A DNA stretch of 64,000 nucleotides. Source: a virus. Below are positions 58,961-64,000 of this stretch, in pieces. A program made the position numbers and the translations under genes. Within the stretch, counting starts at the first letter, position 1; the number at the start of each line of letters is the position of its first letter. The stretch is from the IMG/VR virus record IMGVR_UViG_3300027782_000037, positions 1-64,000 of that record. One strand, 5' to 3'. The notes under the pieces were generated by a model. It was not told where the DNA came from. It saw only the letters and a list, made by a program, of their open reading frames with translations, and did not search any database.

Positions 58961-60523
58961 CTAATACATGGCGGCGATGAAAGGTAATGGGGGAGTAATA
59001 TTTTCTCCATGATCCCTCATTTGCGTATCCATATCGGGGTGATACGTCTGTAATAGGATCATCATCCGTGTAACCAATATAGTGGCCATGACCAAATCAT
59101 CCGCAGACCCTGTTTTTGCTGCGTATCCAATGCCAGTTGCCACAAAGGTTTTAAGCTCAGATATTAGCGAACGACTGGTTATCGTCATCCTATTGGATTC
59201 TATCAAAGTTTTTAATTTGGCACAGGCTGTTAGTTTATTTTTATGGCTGGTATTGAATCCTTTGCGATATCTACCAGCGCCGCGAGTAGGATCTGACAAG
59301 AAATATCCCTTGATATTCTCTTCTCCGAACTGTTCAATAGATATAAGAGCTGCTTCACCAATAGTGTTGTTCTCTACCGAATAGTATATTGACTCTTCGT
59401 CCTTGGTAAACCCATAGATATACTTTACTACATCCGCAAGTATGCGCACCTGTTCGGGAATAGGGGTTCTATTGTGCTTCCATTCACCTATTTGATGAGT
59501 AGTATTAGCTTCAAAAATTTGTATAGCAGCAGTATCACCACCAGTACCCAAGGATGGATCAAGACCCACACAGTACATCTTACCGGCTTCTGGTTGTTTA
59601 TACCAACGTACTTGTGCAGTCTTGTAAATGGGCTCAATCCCTTCAAGTTCTATAAGTTTAGCCGGCGCAATCAGGGTCTCATCGTTAATAATGAACTCGC
59701 AGTCCATCTCCCGACGGAAGCGATCCTCACCTAATTGTGAACGTTGCTCTGCTGCCCACTTGTCATCTCTATCAGGATGCTCACGCCAATAGCTACGGAA
59801 AGCACGAAAGCCATTTATCCCCACTTGTTGGGGATTACCATGGCTGTCTTCCATTTTATTGGCACCTTTCCACAATAATGCAAACTGATCTTCGTCACTG
59901 TTTGGAGTGGAAGTTATAATACATTTACCACCAGTTGCTAATGTTGGGCTAATTGATGTCCAGAATTCCTGGGCGACACTGGGTCGTACGTGTGCGAACT
60001 CATCCGCATACAGTAGTGATATACTCATACCACGACCAGTGTTTTCAGTAGTGGTAGCTGATATAATGCGTGAGCCATTGTCAAAATCTATAGAGCCCAA
60101 GTTGTAGTTAGTGGCACCTGCACGAATATGATTGGGACAAAGCTCGTAAGCAAAACGAACACGCTTCATAATCTCTTGCGAACCATCATACTTGTGTGCT
60201 GATATAAGAATTGTTGAATCGGGTATAAACATAGCATACCATAGCAAGTATCCTGCTGCTGATGTGGACTTACCTGTTTGGCGCGGCATCATGGCAATAG
60301 CAAAACGATAGTTATGATACGAATCAATTAAGCGTACTTGGTATTCAAACGGACTATATAATTGACGACCCTGTGTAGGATGCTGAATATAGAAAAAGTT
60401 GCGCATGAAGTACTCGGGGCCGGTTACCGGATCAGCACATAGCGAAAATTCTTGCAGTTGTTTTTCTGTATATACTTCTTTTTTATAAGGCGTTTTTGCC
60501 AACGCCTGTGAATCATAACCCAT
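58961..60523 (-). CDS. terL: Terminase large subunit (gp17-like)
   Basis: PRQTGKS, YADEFAHV, ITSTPN, GLDPS, VENN, DDLVMA; probable start at MGYDSQ. Confidence 0.95.
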   Translation of the reverse strand: MGYDSQALAKTPYKKEVYTEKQLQEFSLCADPVTGPEYFMRNFFYIQHPTQGRQLYSPFEYQVRLIDSYHNYRFAIAMMPRQTGKSTSAAGYLLWYAMFIPDSTILISAHKYDGSQEIMKRVRFAYELCPNHIRAGATNYNLGSIDFDNGSRIISATTTENTGRGMSISLLYADEFAHVRPSVAQEFWTSISPTLATGGKCIITSTPNSDEDQFALLWKGANKMEDSHGNPQQVGINGFRAFRSYWREHPDRDDKWAAEQRSQLGEDRFRREMDCEFIINDETLIAPAKLIELEGIEPIYKTAQVRWYKQPEAGKMYCVGLDPSLGTGGDTAAIQIFEANTTHQIGEWKHNRTPIPEQVRILADVVKYIYGFTKDEESIYYSVENNTIGEAALISIEQFGEENIKGYFLSDPTRGAGRYRKGFNTSHKNKLTACAKLKTLIESNRMTITSRSLISELKTFVATGIGYAAKTGSADDLVMATILVTRMMILLQTYHPDMDTQMRDHGENITPPLPFIAAMY

Positions 60524-60524
60524 G

Positions 60525-60809
60525 TTATCTTCTCCGTGGAAAAAGAGCGTACCACGCGGGTGTACCGGGACGTATACCTGTAGATTTTGCGTATTCAAGT
60601 TCTGGAGATATTTTGGCCTTTTGTCTCTCGGCTGTGATACGATTGTATTCGGCTAATCGTGCTTGGCTACCTAATCCACCTAATTGCCCAGCAATCAATA
60701 ATTCATGTATAGGGTCATCTGGTTCAAGGTAGCAATCATTGTCACTACTTTGCACCAAATTTTCTGTTGTAATCCTATATTGTTTAGTCATTGGAACCAC
60801 ACTTAGCAC
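60525..60809 (-). CDS. Hypothetical protein
   Basis: IRPGTPAW motif; sits between the nuclease and terL. Confidence 0.55.
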   Translation of the reverse strand: MLSVVPMTKQYRITTENLVQSSDNDCYLEPDDPIHELLIAGQLGGLGSQARLAEYNRITAERQKAKISPELEYAKSTGIRPGTPAWYALFPRRR

Positions 60810-61596
60810 GTTTTGCCTGTGTTAATTTACCATAATCTACGGGCCATTCTTTGCCCGGGGCTAATTCGGTAGCGGTTGTTGGGAACGCATACTTAACTCC
60901 GGCGGTCTGCATAATCTGTGCCACGGAAACACGAAATTTAGTTAGGTCATTTCCTAAATTAGGATAAGGGGCAACATGCGGAAACTCCCATGCGGCAACT
61001 TCATTTGTTTGATTATTGATAACAATTTTATAAAAGCCATGTGGGACAACTACGCCATTGCCAATAGTTTTATTACCGGGTCCGTATAGTCCGCCAGTTA
61101 TAACAGTATATGATTGATTAAGTTGCACTGTCCATCCACGTATAGATGCTTCAAGTAATTTCCAAATTCCACGATTCAATGATCCTGCTTGCGGGCTCAT
61201 GTTGGTCATTAGGAACGATTCAAATTCAACTTGTGTGTCCCAGGATAAATCACCATCAGGTGCCATGTGTCCCTTATCATATCCAGTTGCTATGTAATCG
61301 TCGGGTCGAGGCCCGTTTGGTATAGATTGGTCAGTAACAAAAGCATTAGTGCGTGCGACACAACCCAATGCGTTAGGTGGGGTAAGTTCGTACATTACAA
61401 ACTCTGGTATTTTAGCTGCTGCGTCATATCCCACTAGGTACGCTTGTCTGCAAATTGGTTGCAGTTGTCTAGAACTTTGCGGAAATCCGTATGGGGCATG
61501 TACTTGGCACGCTGACACTGTGTTAGGCTCACGTTGGTTCCAGGCAAATACAGTAGATGACAATACTGCTAGTAATACAACAACTATTTTTTTCAT
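60784..61596 (-). CDS. Secreted DNA/RNA non-specific endonuclease (NucA/EndoG family)
   Basis: Signal peptide; YDKGHMAP; MTNMSPQ..LNRGIW..LE; VPHGFYKIV. Confidence 0.9.
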   Translation of the reverse strand: MKKIVVVLLAVLSSTVFAWNQREPNTVSACQVHAPYGFPQSSRQLQPICRQAYLVGYDAAAKIPEFVMYELTPPNALGCVARTNAFVTDQSIPNGPRPDDYIATGYDKGHMAPDGDLSWDTQVEFESFLMTNMSPQAGSLNRGIWKLLEASIRGWTVQLNQSYTVITGGLYGPGNKTIGNGVVVPHGFYKIVINNQTNEVAAWEFPHVAPYPNLGNDLTKFRVSVAQIMQTAGVKYAFPTTATELAPGKEWPVDYGKLTQAKRAKCGSND

Positions 61597-61611
61597 ATAT
61601 GCTCTACGGTC

Positions 61612-62445
61612 TTAGGGTTTAAAATGTTGCCTATTTTTAAGCCATTCAGCTTCTGCTTGTCGTCGTATTGCATCTCGTTCTGCTTCGGCCTTGGCGTCAG
61701 CTGCTCGTTTCTTGGGCAGTTCATTTTGATACCAATCAATATAACTAAGCGCAGTATTATTTAAGTACCACGCAACATCTTTATATGTTTTTAATTTTTC
61801 AAACGCCTTGGGATCTATTTTTCTAAATGGTCCATCTTTTTTAGCTATCAGTGTTTTGTTCTCTTTACCAGCAAATTTAGTGAAAAATTGTTCCAGGTCC
61901 AGTTGATAATATGTATTGCAATCGAATATTAGTTCATTTTTAATAAACTCCGTGGGCCAAGCATGTACATATGTTGCCGCCCATTTTTCTGCGTCGTCCA
62001 CCATTGAGCCTGTATTATTCTGCATACGAATTCTTTCTTCTTCGGAGGGATCTAATAAAGATTGGCCACCTAAATCCACAATCCTAGGACTCCAGTAGGG
62101 TGTAACATCATCCACGGGAATAAAGATACCTGCACGCCCATGGAATTGAAATATATTGTCATGCGGAGTCATCTGCGTGAACACCGGATATTTTATGTCC
62201 AATAGACTTAATATTGCATCCTGCCCTCTTTTACCCATACCGCCTTTTATTCCGGCAAACTGAGTGTCACTATTATCTACTTTAAGTAGCAATACTTCTG
62301 CAACTCTATGTTTGAATGCACGGAATAACAGCGGGTGGTTGCCTATTCGTTCGCATAATTGTGCTGCCACCTTGATACGATTTTTAAAATGTTCGATATC
62401 ATCCGCACGATTAATTAATTCTGGTAAAAATTCTCTTGATCTCAT
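61612..62445 (-). CDS. Putative capsid-internal protein
   Basis: MRSREFLPE N-terminus; PLLFRA, YWSP, NELIF. Confidence 0.55.
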   Translation of the reverse strand: MRSREFLPELINRADDIEHFKNRIKVAAQLCERIGNHPLLFRAFKHRVAEVLLLKVDNSDTQFAGIKGGMGKRGQDAILSLLDIKYPVFTQMTPHDNIFQFHGRAGIFIPVDDVTPYWSPRIVDLGGQSLLDPSEEERIRMQNNTGSMVDDAEKWAATYVHAWPTEFIKNELIFDCNTYYQLDLEQFFTKFAGKENKTLIAKKDGPFRKIDPKAFEKLKTYKDVAWYLNNTALSYIDWYQNELPKKRAADAKAEAERDAIRRQAEAEWLKNRQHFKP

Positions 62446-62843
62446 CTTCTTTTGTAGCCTTTAAATGCTACCACTGGGCTTTTTAGAACGGTATCCGTTA
62501 ACTCATCGCTGGTTTTAGTACTTACCAATTTTTTGTCAGATGCCGGTAATCCCATGTCTTTGAGTGCCATATCAATCCATTTACCAATATCGGGATCAGA
62601 TGATATAACGATTTCGTTTTCTCCCCAACTAGATGTAGGATCAAACTCTGGATCGCCTTCTGCTTTTCTTGCTGCTTTTCCCTTAGCACCGGCCAGTGCT
62701 ACACTAAATCTATATTGCATGTAAGCGTTTTGATTTTGTAGTGCTGGAATAATATAGGTTGCAGGTAAACTACGGGCGACATCTGCGTGTATAGATCCCT
62801 TGTCAAAACTTGCATCTTCCGAGATAAATTCACGGGCTCTCAT
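62442..62843 (-). CDS. Putative capsid-internal protein (paralog A)
   Basis: MRAREFISE...SPVVAFKGYKRR. Confidence 0.65.
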   Translation of the reverse strand: MRAREFISEDASFDKGSIHADVARSLPATYIIPALQNQNAYMQYRFSVALAGAKGKAARKAEGDPEFDPTSSWGENEIVISSDPDIGKWIDMALKDMGLPASDKKLVSTKTSDELTDTVLKSPVVAFKGYKRR

Positions 62844-63217
62844 CTGCGTTTATATCCTTTAAATGCTACTACTGGACTTTCCGTGTTTGTTGATGCTAAT
62901 TCTTCACTATCTAAATCACCGTCATTTAAATCTTCATACTCTACTCCGGCAGCTTTATATGCCAATTTAAGCATAGCCTGTTCTTCTTTAGTATAGGCAT
63001 GCGCAGTATTGTGTTTACCTACCCAACTTTCAGCATCCATTTTTATAGGATTTATTCCATCACTACTTGCTACCGCCATCATTACACGATTTAAATCATA
63101 TAGTTTATCATAGGTATCCATTCTCTTTGCGAACACATTTAACCCGCGAGTAGATTGTTGTTGGCGTTTGCTAATTTTGCCGGAGGCATTCTCAGCAATA
63201 AACTCACAGGCTCGCAT
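62840..63217 (-). CDS. Putative capsid-internal protein (paralog B)
   Basis: MRACEFIAE...SPVVAFKGYKRR. Confidence 0.65.
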   Translation of the reverse strand: MRACEFIAENASGKISKRQQQSTRGLNVFAKRMDTYDKLYDLNRVMMAVASSDGINPIKMDAESWVGKHNTAHAYTKEEQAMLKLAYKAAGVEYEDLNDGDLDSEELASTNTESPVVAFKGYKRR

Positions 63218-63219
63218 AA

Positions 63220-63708
63220 TTAGCTTTGCCCGTTTACGCCTGCGGTAGCAGATGAAGCAGTTCCTAATTCACGAGCAGTAAAGTTAGCACCAGTGATGGT
63301 CAAGTAATTACCAGCACCGACAAAAATCTGTTGACGACTATTTGCTGATATTTGTGGTGCAGCAGAATATAAATTACCGTTAGGTGGTGTAGTCACAGTA
63401 AAGACATTGGTGGCATTTGCGGTAGCATTAGCACTTAGGGTCACACTGGTAAATGGAATCTGCGAAGCTATAGTTGCTCCGCCAGGAATTCCAGTGCCAG
63501 AAATTGCACTACCTGCAGGCAATGTCATCGCTGCACTGGTAGTGATAACATTGCTGAGATTAGCAGTAGTGCCACTAAATGTAATTTGTGGTGGCAACGC
63601 AACCTGATAAACGTTATATGTGACAGCAGTATTGCCTGTAACAATTTCACATTTATCAGTGTACCAAATTACATTTGATGCCGATGTTAGTACATTTGCC
63701 TGTGCCAT
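63220..63708 (-). CDS. Putative structural protein
   Basis: Thr/Ala/Asn-rich; ISGTGIP.GATI beta-domain. Confidence 0.55.
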   Translation of the reverse strand: MAQANVLTSASNVIWYTDKCEIVTGNTAVTYNVYQVALPPQITFSGTTANLSNVITTSAAMTLPAGSAISGTGIPGGATIASQIPFTSVTLSANATANATNVFTVTTPPNGNLYSAAPQISANSRQQIFVGAGNYLTITGANFTARELGTASSATAGVNGQS

Positions 63709-63999
63709 TTATACTCCCTTATTTTCTATCGCAGAAATAGTTTTATACAAATCTATCATACGTTCGCCTTCAGTTACATGACTATGTAAACGTTTGACCT
63801 GACTCGCCACAACAGGTGTTGTTGTCTGCCCAGTTGTTTTGGCACCGTTTAATCCACCTGAAAGATTTTGTGTCATCATCCGTGTATCGGCTTTAACCTG
63901 ATTAGTTGGATAGTCTGGAGCGTTTGTTGTAACTGGAGCAACCGCTTCTGCAATACCAGCTAACTCACGTAACCGTTGGTTTTCTGAGTTACGCTGTAT
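63709..63999 (-). CDS. 3' part of a putative head protein (start lies beyond the window)
   Basis: Manual translation ...RLRELAGIAE...LSGGLNGAK...KGV*. Confidence 0.55.
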   Translation of the reverse strand: MQRNSENQRLRELAGIAEAVAPVTTNAPDYPTNQVKADTRMMTQNLSGGLNGAKTTGQTTTPVVASQVKRLHSHVTEGERMIDLYKTISAIENKGV

Positions 64000-64000
64000 T

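Noticed and set aside
60524..60598. N-terminal extension of TerL (and similarly ClpP 3512..3556)
   Set aside because: The extension overlaps the upstream gene or promoter; downstream ATGs have better RBS and fit homolog starts.
1..64000. CRISPR array, tRNA/rRNA genes, introns/inteins, transposases
   Set aside because: No regularly spaced repeats or cloverleafs were seen by eye. nrdA, nrdB, terL, helicase and uvsX are uninterrupted and of normal length.
1..64000. Alternative genetic code (stop-codon reassignment)
   Set aside because: Core genes are full length under the standard code, and TAA, TAG and TGA all terminate genes.

Overview
This window is part of a large, AT-rich, T4-like (myovirus-type) phage genome, with densely packed genes mostly on the minus strand. 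The likely host is a Betaproteobacterium, inferred from IscU/IscA-type and DUF3563/phasin-like genes. Core phage genes include the terminase large subunit, gp32 SSB, UvsX/UvsY/UvsW, gp41 helicase, gp61 primase, ATP-dependent DNA ligase, NrdA/NrdB/glutaredoxin, PAAR and a beta-helix tail protein. Host-manipulation genes include two ClpP, ClpX, ClpS, Hsp20, bS21, peptide deformylase, IscU/IscA and UvsE. The main highlights are: (1) a ~9 kb island joining a curli-type secretion operon (CsgF, CsgG, two curlins) with a FecR-domain protein, a CHASE2 adenylate cyclase and a stand-alone copy of the cyclase C-terminal domain, which may be a trans-envelope cAMP signalling system; (2) a PlcP/Agt-like lipid-remodelling pair; (3) about ten late genes with T4 capsid-targeting-like N-termini (MRAREFISE etc.), including a tandem Pol-beta nucleotidyltransferase, plus a separate ligase-fold protein, all candidate injected effectors; (4) a phasin-like locus whose sigma70 promoters carry a shared TGC-N4-GCA operator; (5) a structured 5' UTR shared by the phasin and hsp20 genes; (6) a 198-aa miniature DnaE. 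All assignments are by motif recognition; no database searches were run.
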